A stretch of DNA of 64,000 nucleotides from Eledone cirrhosa (lineage: Eukaryota), in NCBI GenBank assembly GCA_964016885.1, contig OZ024742.1, positions 82,150,001 to 82,214,000 of the forward strand. The letters run 5' to 3'. The notes under the pieces were generated by a model. It was not told where the DNA came from and made no database searches. It saw nothing but the letters and a program-made list of their open reading frames with translations. The position numbers and the translations under genes were made by a program. Shown in pieces: positions 13,890 to 29,419 of this stretch. Position 1 is the first letter of the stretch. Every line of letters begins with the position of its first letter.

Positions 13890-13963
13890 GAAAAATTTGA
13901 ACAGGGACAGAACAGAGAGGCAGTACAATAAATGTTTATTAAATTCACGCTCAGGAGAGTGGT

Positions 13964-14071
<108 letters not shown>

Positions 14072-14556
14072 TGTGTGTGTGTGTGTGTATATGTATATAT
14101 ATATATATGTATATACATAAACACTAGAAATTGATTGATATATATATATATATCTAAAATAAACATATGGAACAATCACACGGAATAATTTGTAAAAGTG
14201 TGTAAGCAAACATAGCTATGTAGGTAACTATTTAAATTTTAAATAGAACTTTAAAAATAGATACCTTATAAATGGATTAAACTTCCTTGTATATATTTAA
14301 TTAAATAAATATATTTCACCATCAATCGTTCGGTAAACCACAGTAGCCTAATCACGGATTTCCAACAAGGAAGAAGACTTAATTACCTGTGTTTACACAG
14401 CAACTTCAAATCTGCGAATGACTAGTAGCACGTGTTGCACTTTTCAAAAATACACTCATTGTACCAGCTTCATCTCAGTGGCATGAATAGGGTTATGGAC
14501 AGCTAGAAATAGCAGTCGAGTCCTTTCAATTGAGTTAGCTCAAAAGTTAAGGGGCC

Positions 14557-14595
<39 letters not shown>

Positions 14596-14598
<3 letters not shown>

Positions 14599-15091
14599 AA
14601 AATTAAATTAAATTCAATTACAGGTGTCATGTCAGATAGCTGGTACAACGTGCGTATGTTTGAATAGTGCAACACGTGCTACTAATCATCCGCAGATTTG
14701 AATTTGGTGTGTAAACACAGATAGTTAAGTCTTCTTCCTTGTTGGAAATGGGGATTTGACTAGTTTGGTTTACCAAACGATTAATGGTTAAATATATTTA
14801 TTTAATGAAATATATACAAGGAAGATTAATCCATTTATAAGGTATCTATTTTTAAAGTTCTAGTTAAACTTTAATTAGGTACCTACATAGCTATGTGTGC
14901 TTACACACTTTTACAAATTATTCCCTGTGATTGGTTCATATGTTTATTTAAGATATATATATATATGTCAATCAATTTCTAGTTGAAATAAAATGCTCGG
15001 ATCTATTCATTGGAATGTTGGAGCATATTCTACAGTGGATATGGCGCATGTCTCTCTGACATGACACCCTTAAATTAAATTTAATTTTGGA
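14596..15091. mobile_element. MITE-like ~500 bp element with TIRs (copy 3)
   Basis: Same TIRs. Inverted interior copy at 14124-14469. Confidence 0.55.
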
Positions 15092-15113
15092 TATGTATAT
15101 ATATCCAAAATTT

Positions 15114-15168
<55 letters not shown>

Positions 15169-16409
15169 GCACATCACACACTCATATATGTGTATATATA
15201 TACACACATATGTGTGTGTGTGTGTGTGTGTGCGTGTGTCTGTTTGTCTGTAACTCTCTGTGTATGTATATATATATACACACACAGTGACGTATGACTA
15301 ACATACTTCACTGCTTACTGTCGATAACTAACTTATCTCTTACTTTAAAAATTTCTCTGAACTTGCTTTTAAATGTGTTCAGGGATTTTAATTTTTCATA
15401 AGAATATTAGATTCCTAATGTAGTGGCATCCTCCTCACCATTATTTAACTGGTAGTTTATTATATAGATTCGAAATGGTTGCAGCGGACTCTTGAAAGCC
15501 ATGTATATATACTAAGATCGGAAATGATATCGAAAAGATATTGCTTTGCATTTTATAATGTGCTTCCAATTGAACAGCTTAAATGTGAGATATATTAATG
15601 TTGAAACTGATGCGCTTATATATATAGTTATGGGTAAACTTATATATGTTTTATCCTAAAATGCCTGCATGAGCGCTAATAAAGTAAATATTTGAGAATT
15701 TGCCCTAACAAAACTGAAAATATAACATTGTCAGAACCTTTCATATTTAGCAAGTTTCAATCTGTTCATTCAGAAAAATGCAGCTAATTTATTGTCATTT
15801 ATTATGTTTTCTAACAAACGTTTAGTTATAACTCATTATGTTTGTTATAGCACATAACCTTTTCCAATGATATAATAGTTATGTGTTTTACATTTCTTCT
15901 TTGACACTTATAAATTTAGATCTTCATTAATAAGAAATCGTTTACATAAAAATCATTGAATGAAAATACAATGTGATATGAAATATACTTTACAGAACCT
16001 GCGTCCGTAGTTCACAAAATATTTTCCGTCATCGCCCAATTTCACAGGGAAAGATTTTCTAACGTCCACCTGTAGAGTTTACATTCAAAAGTATGTTGAG
16101 ATTGTTTGGTAATAGTTTTTTACTCGTTCAGAAATATGATATAGTAAAAAGTATCAAATGAAGGTAAGAATTAGGGCAATCGAATGCGGCGGCTTCTGCT
16201 GCTACTACAATATAAAAGAACAAATGAAAGCGAATGAACAATACATTTTATTAAATTTTATTTTAATGGATATAATTTCATTTTTGAAAGTGAAAACAAA
16301 AAAGAAATGATACAAAATGTATGTACATTACATACATTTTAAATACATTTTAAAATAATAAGCTTTACATCAGTTGTGCAAATGAGATTATAAATATAAG
16401 GTTTCTTTT

Positions 16410-16444
<35 letters not shown>

Positions 16445-17670
16445 CACTTACACACACACATATATGTGTATATATATACACATATGTGTGTGTGTGTGTG
16501 CGTGTGTCTGTGTGTCTGTAACCCTCTGTGTATGTATATATATATACACACACACTGACGTATGACTAGCATACTTCACTGATTACTGTTAATAACTAAC
16601 TCACCATTTACTTAAAAAATTGCTCTGAACTTACTTTTAAATGTGTTCAGGGATTTTAATTTTTCATAGGAATATTAGATTCCTAATGTAGTGGCATCCT
16701 CCTCACCATTAGGTAGTTTATTATATAGATTCGAAATGGTTGCAGCGGACTCTTGAAAGTAATGTATATATACTAAGATCGGAAATGATATCGAAAAGAT
16801 ATTGCTTTGCATTTTATAATATGGTCCCAATTGAACAGCTTAAATGTCAGAAATATTAATGTTGAAACTGATGCGCTTATATATATAGTTATGGGTAAAC
16901 TTATATATGTTATTTCCTAAAATGCCTGCATCCGCGCTAATAAAGTAAATATTTGAGAATTTGCCCTAGCAAAACAGAAAATATAACATTGTCAGAACCT
17001 TTCATATTTAGCAAGTTGCAATCTGTTCATTCAGAAAAACGCAGCTAATTTATTGCCATCTCTTATGTTTTCTAACAATCGTTTTGTTATAACTCATTAT
17101 GTTTGTTATAGCACATAACCTTTTCCAATGATATAATAGTTATGTGTTTTACATTTCTTCTTTGACACTTATAAATTTAGATCTTCATTAATAAGAAATC
17201 GTTTACATAAAAATCATTGAATGAAAATACAATGTGATATGAAATATACTTTACAGAACCTGCGTCCGTAGTTCACAAAATATTTTCCGTCATCGCCCAA
17301 TTTCACAGGGAAAGATTTTCTAACGTCCACCTGTAGAGTTTACATTCAAAAGTATGTTGAGATTGTTTGGTAATAGTTTTTTACTCGTTCAGAAATATGA
17401 TATAGTAAAAAGTATCAAATGAAGGTAAGAATTAGGGCAATCGAATGCGGCGGCTTCTGCTGCTACTACAATATAAAAGAACAAATGAAAGCGAATGAAC
17501 AATACATTTTATTAAATTTTATTTTAATGGATATAATTTCATTTTTGAAAGTGAAAACAAAAAAGAAATGATACAAAATGTATGTACATTACATACATTT
17601 TAAATACATTTTAAAATAATAAGCTTTACATCAGTTGTGCAAATGAGATTATAAATATAAGGTTTCTTTT

Positions 17671-17705
<35 letters not shown>

Positions 17706-19173
17706 CACTTACACACACACATATATGTGTATATATATACACATATGTGTGTGTGTGTGTGCGTGTGTCTGTGTGTCTGTAACCCTCTGTGTATGTATAT
17801 ATATATACACACACACTGACGTATGACTAGCATACTTCACTGATTACTGTTAATAACTAACTTACCATTTACTTAAAAAATTGCTCTGAACTTACTTTTA
17901 AATGTGTTCAGGGATTTTAATTTTTCATAGGAATATTAGATTCCTAATGTAGTGGCATCCTCCTCACCATTAGGTAGTTTATTATATAGATTCGAAATGG
18001 TTGCAGCGGACTCTTGAAAGTAATGTATATATACTAAGATCGGAAATGATATCGAAAAGATATTGCTTTGCATTTTATAATATGGTCCCAATTGAACAGC
18101 TTAAATGTCAGAAATATTAATGTTGAAACTGATGCGCTTATATATATAGTTATGGGTAAACTTATATATGTTATTTCCTAAAATGCCTGCATCCGCGCTA
18201 ATAAAGTAAATATTTGAGAATTTGCCCTAGCAAAACAGAAAATATAACATTGTCAGAACCTTTCATATTTAGCAAGTTGCAATCTGTTCATTCAGAAAAA
18301 CGCAGCTAATTTATTGCCATCTCTTATGTTTTCTAACAATCGTTTTGTTATAACTCATTATGTTTGTTATAACACATAACCTTTTCCAATGATATAATAG
18401 TTATGTGTTTTACATTTCTTCTTTGACATTTATAAATTTAGATCTTCATTAATAGGAAATCGTTTACATAAAAATCATTGAATGAAAATACAAAGTGATA
18501 TAAAAAATACTTTAAACATCCTACGTCCGTAGTTCGCAAAATTTTTTCCGTCATCGCCCAATTTCACAGGGAAAGATTTTCTACCGACCACCTGTAGAGT
18601 TTTTACATTCAAACGTATCTTAAAATTGTTTGGTAATAGTTTTTTACTCGTCAGAAACTGATTTATATGATATAGTAAAAAGTACCAAATGGAGGTAAGA
18701 AGTAACTCAGGCAAATGCGGCGGCTTCTGCTGCTATTACAATATAAAAGAACAAATGAAAGCAAATGAACATTGCATTTTATGAAATTTTATTTAAATGG
18801 ATATAATTTCATTTTTGAAATTGAAGACAAAAAAGAAAATATACAAAATGTATGTACATTACATACATTTTAAATACATTTTAAAATAATAAACATTACA
18901 TGAGTTGTGCAAATGAGATTATAAGGTTTCATTTGTATAAGTATATATGCCGTTTAATGAAAAGGTGACATATATTCTTAAATAAACTCTAAAATATGCT
19001 GAGCGAAAATGTTATATATCTTGGATTGCCATGGCTGTTTACATGTTCGGCTCTGTAGAAGATTGTTGGTTGGAAAGAATATACAATGCCATCTATAATC
19101 GTGAATGACTCAACAATATCCAAAAATTCATGTTAACAATTATTTTGCTAGGGGGCTAATGATTGGGAGAATA

Positions 19174-19208
<35 letters not shown>

Positions 19209-19264
19209 GATAAAAATACTGATTTATCAGGATTATGTATGAAATTTAAAGACACACATAGAGA

Positions 19265-19305
<41 letters not shown>

Positions 19306-19320
19306 CTTATATATAAGTTA

Positions 19321-19823
19321 TTCCGGGTTGAATCGGAGGTAACCACAGTAAGTAAGGTACTCAATACATAGCAGAGTATACAAGTTTTAATATAGAAGTG
19401 CTACGACAGGACTAGTACTGTTTCTTTCGTGAACATTTATCAGGAAGCTAGCTGTCCACATAAGTAGAAGTATTTATATATTTCCATTCCTGGTAGTAGG
19501 AGAGGGTGGGAGTTGGCATGGGTTGAGGTCACTGGTTGAAGGTTTTAAAGAAAAGGGAGTTCATTAAAAGGTAATTCATTAAAGCTATAAAATTAACAAA
19601 GTCAGAAAAAATACTGTAAACAAATTCAAAAATGGTATATCAATCCTTGTTTATCACTTAGACTAACAATGCCTGTCAGCAGGTGCTACAGGATGGATGG
19701 GGTTCGATGGTTTAAAGAAAAGGGAAATTCTTTAGAAGCTAATTCTTTAAGGCTGAAATAAGTGTGACAATGCAGAAAGGGTTATTTCAACAGATTCAAG
19801 TGTTGGGGGGAACCCCCTTATTG
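19321..19823 (-). mobile_element. PLE 3' end/pLTR fragment
   Basis: The minus strand has a degenerate hammerhead (ctgataa-atgttcac-gaaa, ~19405-19458) followed by an A-rich signal and a short tail ending near (TA)n. The purine-rich plus strand matches the other PLE 3' UTRs in this window. Confidence 0.5.
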
Positions 19824-19859
19824 TGAGGTTTCACTTAATATATATTCCAGGTATCGTCA

Positions 19860-20295
19860 AGCACATTCATACACGCGCCCACTTACACACGTATGCACAC
19901 ATACACGCACTCACACACAGACAGGCACACACACAACAGACATACATAATGGTACATACACGCATACATATATACACATATATACATACACATATACATA
20001 CATATGTGTACATACGCATACACATATACATACACATATACACACACATATATATATATATATATACAAATACACACACACAGATATACACATATATACA
20101 TATATATATATATATATATAAATATATATACACATACATATACATACATACATATACATATGTATATATATATATACGCACACACACGCACGCTCTAATG
20201 CATACAAACACACTCACACTCGCATATATTTATTCATACGTACACACATACATATATATATATACACACGTACACACACATACACATATATACAT

Positions 20296-20334
<39 letters not shown>

Positions 20335-21057
20335 GCGTGAAACAAAAAAACATATAATTTGTGCTGCAAAGTTTTTTGTTATCGGTTCATATATTAAACG
20401 ATATATATATATATATATAAAATATATAGGTTTACACATACATAAACTAGACAGAGCCATAGATATATATATATGTATTTTTGGCAACCATTCACGGTGT
20501 GATTCAATGACGAATGAATTAATTAATTAAATAATCAACAATCAGAGCAATATATAAGAAAGTAAGTCCATTGAATCACTTGATAAAATCATTTGATAAC
20601 ACTGGCCATGTGACAATTCTTAGCCATTTTGAATTCGTTTCTGGTGGGGATCATTTAAGAAACATCTTTGTCCAAATGAGTTTGTTTCCTGATGATTTCG
20701 AAACTCGTGAATTGATCCATGATCGGATATTTCCAAAAAGCGAATGAAACTTCATAGAGTAGAAAAACAATTTTGGTTAGTTTATGTACATTTTTTCTTC
20801 TAACTTTGATTTTATAACTAATTGTGTATGGTTGGCTATATGTCTAGTCAATTTCTACAGGCTACTAGAAAGACTGGGTAAATCTTCTGTAGCTGTTGAT
20901 CGCGGATAAAATAGCTATCATTTATTTATCTATTGTTTCTTCATAAGTACATTTTAAACGTATAGCCTCGTTTAATTGATATTTGTGTGGTTAATTATGG
21001 TGATTGGGAGAAGAAATAATGTATATATTTTCTCAAATGATTCTATGGACTTACGTT

Positions 21058-21118
<61 letters not shown>

Positions 21119-21424
21119 GTACGTATAAATTTATATACAAATATATATACACATATATACATATTAATATATATATATATATATATACATATATACACGC
21201 ACATATACACACTTACATACACATATATATATATATACACACACATACATACATACATACACACATATCCATACATATATATATATATATATACATATAC
21301 ATGATTATATATACATATACATATATATATATACGTACATACACATACAAATACACACATACATACACTCATACATACATAAATGTATAAGTAAATGCAC
21401 ACAAACACACATACACACATGTAT

Positions 21425-21500
<76 letters not shown>

Positions 21501-21668
21501 GCGAAACATAAGTCATTGCATGAACGCATAATCCTTTATTTACCTATATATATATATATATATATACATATATATACATATACATATATATATACATATA
21601 TACATATACATATATATACACACACACATACATATTTATATATACGGACATACACATACATACACACA

Positions 21669-21743
<75 letters not shown>

Positions 21744-22050
21744 ATTATTATTAGAAATGTTAGCTATCGCCGTATTTTGACTAAAGAAATTAAAGAAATT
21801 ATTTAGCCTGATAGTGGGGTTAAGAACCCTCGGAGAAATGGAAAAAGATGAGTATTAACGTACATGGGAGTCGAACCCACATCTTTGGTTATCCGGACCA
21901 CTGTGATACCATTTACACCAACATACACATACGCATATACATATAAACGCACGTACACACAAACATATGCATACATACGTACGGCCACTCATATAAATAC
22001 GTACATACATACACTGATAAATATACACATATACAAAGACACATATATGT
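19860..22050. repeat. compound (TA)n/(CA)n microsatellite field (representative; similar tracts occur throughout the window)
   Basis: Direct reading of the sequence. These tracts are the source of the YI/HT/CV-repeat ORFs. Confidence 0.95.
21800..21922 (-). mobile_element. tRNA-derived SINE (head)
   Basis: Reverse complement: TGGTGTAAATGG (A box)...GGTTCGACTCC (B box) at tRNA spacing. No intact cloverleaf acceptor stem. Confidence 0.65.
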
Positions 22051-22559
22051 ACAGCTCTACATGTTGCGGAAAGAGCAGATAGGTAAGAAGTACTTCCATG
22101 ACCATAGTGCCGTGTTTCGTGTCGAGAGGGGGTAGGGGTAAAATGGGAAGGAGGTGGAGGGTTTTTTTTGTCGAGTGTGGTTTTTTAAAAAAAAGTGAAA
22201 TCTTTTTTAGCCATCTGGCATTAACACTGGCTTAAGGTATTTGAAAGTTGCAAAGTTTTTGTGCATGAAATTCGGACAGTGTTCAGAAACTTTATTCAAT
22301 AGCAGGCCCTTTGCGAATAATAGTTCGTAGTTCTCTGAGCTACAAAGGCCGCAGCACTTGTGTCATCTCTTGTATGAGCGCGCTTTCTGGCGTATTATAT
22401 ATATGTGTGTATGTATATATGTATATGTCGTGCTACTGGTAACATTTATCCCAGTACATGTCTCATGGTCGGGGGCGTTGGCGACTAAACTGGCAACCCC
22501 ACCAAGGTTTCAAGGTTTCAGAGTGAGATTACATCTCACTCTGTCTCGTTAATGTTCAA

Positions 22560-23705
22560 TCAACACCAAAGTTCTACGTTCTGCGCAATAGAATTGAATC
22601 CAACCACCGACAACATAGTTGGATGACCGATATTCACACTAAACCGGAGTATTGTGTTCCTTGTGATTTCAAGATTTACAACCACTGATAGTGTATCGGA
22701 GACCGGAAAACCATACTCCATAATATTGAACCAAGTGATTGATTTGTGCGACCAAAATATCAACACACACATATTGGGTCGGCAATGAACTAGGAATATT
22801 GGATCCTCTGTCAATGTCCGGGTGAGCACAAATAGATTTCTATCTGCATTGAAATTTATGAACTTGTGCATCTGCTGTGGGGTCAAACACAAACGCACAC
22901 GCCCGCACGGATGAGCGATGGACTATGCCATATGGGTTGAACTTGCAAGTGAATTGAAGGATTTGTAACTCTGATATACATATTATTTATTATTAAGATG
23001 TATAAATTTAACACAACTATTATCATCTTATATTCTCTCAACTAATCACATTATGATTATATTTCTCTCTCCCGTTTTCTCCCCCCATATTTATTTGATA
23101 AAATCTGTTTTTTTACATTGTGTTTTTCCCTTTCTAATACTTGCTTATATTTTTTATATATTCTCTATATATTTTTTATATACATATTTTTTTTAAATTC
23201 TTATTTTCATTTTTATCCTCCTTTATATTTTATCTTATTCTTACTTTTATACCTTATTATAGTGTAATCTTTCCTTATACATTATTAACTATAGATTATT
23301 ATTATTCTTATTCCATTTCTAATTACCTCATGTACTTTCTCCTCCGTTATATATATATTGTATGCCCTTTGTGTGTGTGTAGCCTCTGCACACCCTCTGC
23401 ACCCTACTATAGATGCCACCCCATCTATGGCTCCACTAACCACTCGAATCCCGGGAATGAATATGACCACAGCTAGTAAACAAGGACCCACACCCCACCC
23501 TCCCGCACCAAAATTAGACTTATTGTCCCCTGCTTTTGCTCTTTACTCTCTTTACTCTTTGTTCTTGAATGTTTGGTTGGTAGAGTCCATAACACCAATC
23601 AAACCCCTTTTATAGCTTTGAAAAATCATACGGTTACGTAAGGAAGAAACATTGTAAGCCAATAAAAAATGTTTGATGTTGTAGACGCTCTTGTGTTCTT
23701 TATCA
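22560..23705 (+). mobile_element. old PLE 3' fragment (GIY-YIG remnant + pLTR)
   Basis: Degenerate (V)YCVPC...CIG/ETGK at ~22645-22710. Pyrimidine-rich UTR. Hammerhead-like gct-ttgaaaa-...tacg-gtta-cgta...gaaac-attgtaagc followed by aataaa at ~23614-23666, ending at (TA)n. Confidence 0.5.
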
Positions 23706-24189
23706 TATATATATATATAGTTTAACTATCAGATTTACCCGGCGTTGCACGGGGTCTGAAATTATTCTAAGAATATACAGCTAGGAAGTAAAAGAAGAAA
23801 ATTATTTGTCCCCAACCTGTCAAAATAAGCAGAAATCTTCAATAAATAATTCAAACGAATATATAGTGCAATCTGTGTACAAATAAAACTATGCTGATAT
23901 TGAAGGAAAACTCTGAACAAGATGTAGTTATACAAATGATTAAAGACAATACATGTTGCAAATCTGTAAAAATACAGGCAGTTTTGCTAAAGTACAAAAA
24001 GTTGTATACAAACAAAAAATCAATGAGAGTAGAATGAGAGAAAATCTATTCTTTGAGAGCAGTTTTTGCTGCGTATGGTTAACTTTTGAACTTATAATCC
24101 AAAATATCCTGCATGACATATTCATTGGTATGTTTTGTAATGTGTAAGGTGAAGTCAAGGCAGAGCTGTAATAAGTGTTTTTGTTAACA

Positions 24190-26340
24190 CTAAAGCACTT
24201 CAGGATAGACGATATTCTTTGTTTTTTCTTTTCAGAACAAACGCAAAGAGATTATCTCTACTGCCAACTCATGAGCAGGCAACGTAGAATTGTCCGTGCG
24301 AAAAGCAAGGTTCATCCAAGTGAATTCCAGCGACGGACAGAGTTTGACCTTGCGACTTGTTTATGGACATCGCAAAGGCAACACGAAGGGGAAATTGGGT
24401 TCGGCGAAAGGAGAAGGGAGTATCCACGCCTGATGTAGTCAGGCTAATTTGTGTTATTATCACAGCCTCGCCTTTTCCACATAGAATGGTAGCTTCAATA
24501 CTAAATGGAGACAGTTTTTTAACCTCAAGGCGTGTACCATTGCATAGGTTTGGATGAGTGATATTTCTCAGCAAAATAGCTGGCGTTCCCTCTTTCAGAA
24601 CCAATATATTAGGAGGTAAACCAGGAGGATTTAAAGAATTAGGAAACTCAACTGGATAATTGACCGCATCCTGTGGATCACATACAGTATCAATAGATTT
24701 ATATATACGTGGACATCCAAGAAGAAGCTGAAGAAGCTGATCGTTAATACAGCTAACCGTGATATGTTTGGGTGCAAGAATGGCTCTTTCACTTAGCAAA
24801 TCAAGATTCGTATAGTTATCACGCATGTTCGGGAATACACTCACCTTGAGATCATCGACAGTTTCAACTACATTGCAGTTGTGATCAATTGCTATGTGTC
24901 AATCTGTATCCGGAAGTAGTTTACCATCTCCTATTGTAAGAATTTCTCCAGAAAATGTTGATGGCAGATGGTCCCATTGCAACCTTGCACGCATGTTGGT
25001 AGTTAGTCTTAATGATGTCACTTGTCGCCACAATGGTGAAGTTTTAAGACATGCATTTACCGTATCTGCTCTTGTTCCTTTTAGTATTATAGGAAGAGTC
25101 TGTCTGAAGTCTCCTGATAGCAGAAGGTTGACACCCCCCATAACATCACTGCAATCCCGTATGTCTTGCAAAGACCTGTCTAGTGCCGGAAGAGCACCTT
25201 TGTGCGCCGTTGTGCACTCATCCCAAACAATAAGGTGACACCTTCGCAGCAGATGAGCCCTTTCGGAGTCTTTGTTGATGTTACAAGAAGGAGATTCCAA
25301 TTTTGCCAAATCAAGGGGCAATTTAAAAACTGAATGTGCCGTCCTTCCACCAGGGAGCAAAGTGGCTGCGATTCCAGAGGACGCAACTGCTATTGCTATG
25401 TCCTTATTCTGTCTAACCTTTGCAAGAAGAAGTTTAGTAACGAAAGTGTTTCCTGCCCCCTGGAGAATCGAGGGAAAATATGCCACCTCTTCTTTGAAAT
25501 ACGGATTCAGTAATGGTGGTATAAGCCAGTCGCTGATCAGCTAGAAGTGTTGGCTCACTATATGTGACGTAGAGGCCGAGATCATGGATGTCATAAGAAG
25601 TCTCCTGTATGATATATGTGGTAAGTTTGTTTGAGTCCGTGCGATGAGTTTCTGGTAAACCGTAGTCACGTAAAACCTTTCCTCCAATCAGAGCTAACTT
25701 GTCCTCAATATCATTGAGAGCATTCTTGTATAATTCATTACTAAAGCCGACCTCTATTTCTGGAAGCAGCAATTGTGCTTGGTGTCTGTAGTCGTCTGTT
25801 AGTTCATCCCTATGTTTCATCCACAAGGACAGAGGATCAGATAAGTTGCACGAGTGCAAAAGTAGCGCAAATAAATTTCTTAAGCTGGCAGGTGAATGTG
25901 AACAGCAACTTCCGCCATCGTTGCATCCCACTACGAACCATCTTCCAGCAATCCACGCCTCAAATATGCCTTTGTGTATGTTGGAAGAACTTGTCCGTTT
26001 AACGTTCGGAGATCATCAAAGCAGGTAGGTCCTCTGACTCGTATAGTAACATGCGAAGATGGAAGCACTGGTGTTGGTTTGGGGGCAGAGTATAAACGCT
26101 GGCCAGGCACTCGTTGAACTTGATGTCTGGATAACCTTCGACACGCTGTCCTGTTTTTCTTCGCTTCCATGTATTTTTGTCCCAGATATAGTAAGATGGG
26201 ACTTGTGGACATAATAAGGTTTTAGCAAATGGATCTTCTTGACATAATTTAAAGAAAGCGGTAAGAGTAGTATCTTTTGGTTCTTCTGCTAACTGAGCAG
26301 CTGATGCATTCGTAAAATATACTCTCTGACCATTCGCTGC
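24190..26340 (-). pseudogene. Helitron RepHel C-terminal half: PIF1-like SF1 helicase, frameshifted
   Basis: Motifs LDSPGG(GKT), VASSGIAATLLPGGRTAHS, LIVWDEC, SGDFRQTLP, LTTNMR, LCNGTRL, QFPLRVAFAMSINKSQGQTL, FSHGQFYVACS, with upstream GQRVYFT and TTLTAFFKLC. Confidence 0.95.
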
Positions 26341-26941
26341 ACAAACCAACGCTCAGCGGCGGACAAAGATGCTGCAATAACTGTACTCACCGCATTTTGT
26401 TATTGTCTATTTTCGGTTATCGGTGGAGCGTCATTTACACGCATTGTTTTCTTCGCCCGAGAGGTCAAAGTCTGAGAGCCAATATGTGCATACTTTCTTT
26501 TATAGGCTTATTTGCTGAAAAATTGTAAAGTCAAAATGTGTGAATTGAAGCGTTACCGTAAAATTAAAAATATAATGGCAAAACTTAAAAAATCCTTTGA
26601 ATAACTACATGCTGTTCAGTATGTTCCTTCATTGTCAAAAAAGTTTGATGTGTACGAATACAGCTGGAAGCATAGATAATTCCTGCATCAAATGTGGACG
26701 AAATTACTTTAAAAATTGTAGATACCAATGGTTTGAATGGAAAGTCCCATAAGGATTGTTCGAAAAATAAACAAAGCATCATCAAAATCTCGTCAATTCG
26801 AGACTGCTGCTAGATTAGGCCCTTACCGCGAAAATTAACACTTAATATAGTAAAACCAGATAAAACAAAAAGTGTTTTTTTTAACTTTGAAAGTGCAACA
26901 ATTTTCTTTTTGTATCAATATTTTGGGTAGTAGAGTGGGTA

Positions 26942-27018
26942 ATATGAGAAAGATATGACCCCGACGGCAGAGCTCGATCCATTTCGACGGCTTGAGCTCT
27001 GCCGTCGGGGACATAGTT

Positions 27019-27027
<9 letters not shown>
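26942..27027. repeat. subterminal palindrome at the Helitron 5' end
   Basis: atatgagaaa..atg.ccccgacggcagagctc / gagctctgccgtcgggg.cat..tttctcatat. Confidence 0.9.
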
Positions 27028-27087
<60 letters not shown>

Positions 27088-27119
27088 GATATATGTGTAT
27101 ATATGTGTGTGTGTGTGTG

Positions 27120-27178
<59 letters not shown>

Positions 27179-27332
27179 ATATGCGTATGTATGTATATGT
27201 GCATGTTTATATGTATGTGTGTATGTACCATTATGTATGTTTGTTGTGTCTGTGTGTGCGTGCATGTATGTGTGCGTACGTGTGTAAGTGGGCGCATGTA
27301 TGAATGTGCTTGTCGACACCTGGAATATATAT

Positions 27333-28275
<943 letters not shown>

Positions 28276-28679
28276 GTATATCTATATAAATGGAATAGAA
28301 TGAAACGAAATTTCATTTCTCACTCTTAGTACGTGGTTGCCTAAACACTCTTAGTGACGCGGTTGCCTAAACACTGTACGGCCTAAACTGAGCATTATGA
28401 TAAATGTTCAGTACGTGTATATGTATATATGTGTGCATGTATGTATATATATACATACTACTGTACTTCTGTATTCATATATGTACGTACGTATACATAC
28501 ATACTTACATTTAAGTAAGTGCCGTACTAACAGTGAGAAATGAAATGTCCTTTCATTCTATTCCATTTATCGTTTTAGGTGCGCCCGGCCGACTGAACTC
28601 ACTCGATATGCCAATTAGGCTGCTCATCCATTAATATGCATAATGAAAGTATATACTTTCAGAGGTTCAACCATCTGGT

Positions 28680-28736
28680 AGGAAGGTATACGATGCTGAC
28701 GATAGCTAATAAGCTTGAAACTAGTACATAGTTCCT
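28680..28736 (+). ncRNA. type I hammerhead ribozyme
   Basis: aggaa-ggtata-cgatg CTGACGA t-agct-aata-agct-t GAAA c-ta-GTA|catag-ttcct: intact core, 4-bp stem II, palindromic stem III ACTAGT, and stem I with a bulge and one mismatch. Confidence 0.85.
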
Positions 28737-29128
28737 GTGTCAGTGTTGAACAAAAAGGTGACGTGGTTGCCTAAACACTGTACGGCGTAATTCGGGCTGT
28801 TTGTTTGTTTACAAACAAACAAACCGAGCATTATAACAAATGTTCTTTAAACCGATACGTGCATATATATATATATATATGTGCATGTATGTATATATAT
28901 ATACATACTACTGTACGTCTGTATACATATATGTATGTACGTATACATACATACTTACATTTAAGTAAGTGCCGTATTAAGAGTGAGAAATGAAATGTCG
29001 TTTCATTCTATTCCATTTATCGTTTTCGGTGCGCCCGGGAGACTGAACTCACTCGATATGCAAATTAGGCTGCTCAGCCATTAATATACATAAGGAAAGT
29101 ATATACTTTCAGACGTTCAACCATCTGG

Positions 29129-29187
29129 CAGGAAGGTATACGATGCTGACGATAACTAATAAGCTTGAAACTAGTACATCGTTCCTG
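29129..29187 (+). ncRNA. type I hammerhead ribozyme
   Basis: caggaa-ggtata-cgatg CTGACGA taactaataagctt GAAA ctaGTA|catcg-ttcctg: perfect stem I, one mismatch in stem II. Confidence 0.85.
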
Positions 29188-29419
29188 TGTCAGTGTTGAA
29201 CAAAAAGGTCACGTGGTTGCCTAAACACTGTACGGCGTAATTCGGGCTTTTTATTTACAAGCAAACCGACCATTATAATAAATGTTTGGTAAACCGATAC
29301 GTGCATATATATATGTGTGCATGTATGTATATATATACATGCTACTGAACGTCTGTATACATATATGTATGTACTTATACATACATACATATTTACATAT
29401 ATATATATATATATTTATA

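Larger units (their letters stand above)
23726..27089 (-). mobile_element. Helitron, internally deleted (Rep core missing), both termini recognisable
   Basis: 3' hairpin cccgtgcaacgccggg (23738-23753) followed by ..gatag|T (CTAG-like). PIF1-family helicase pseudogene. Candidate 5' A|TCTACATATAT at ~27089 (5' boundary uncertain inside the microsatellite). Confidence 0.88.
28286..29400 (+). mobile_element. tandem ~400-450 bp hammerhead-containing repeat (non-LTR retrozyme-like, family 2) with 5' fold-back
   Basis: Unit start gt.acg.ggttgcctaaacactgtacggc at 28354, 28758 and 29208. Two hammerheads exactly 450 bp apart. 28286-28333 is inverted against 28523-28570. Confidence 0.8.

Noticed and set aside
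21850-21922. Functional tRNA gene
   Set aside because: A and B boxes are present, but acceptor and anticodon stems do not pair properly and a SINE-like body follows.
24269-25486. Host PIF1 helicase gene
   Set aside because: Intronless, frameshifted, preceded by Helitron-specific motifs and bounded by a Helitron 3' hairpin.
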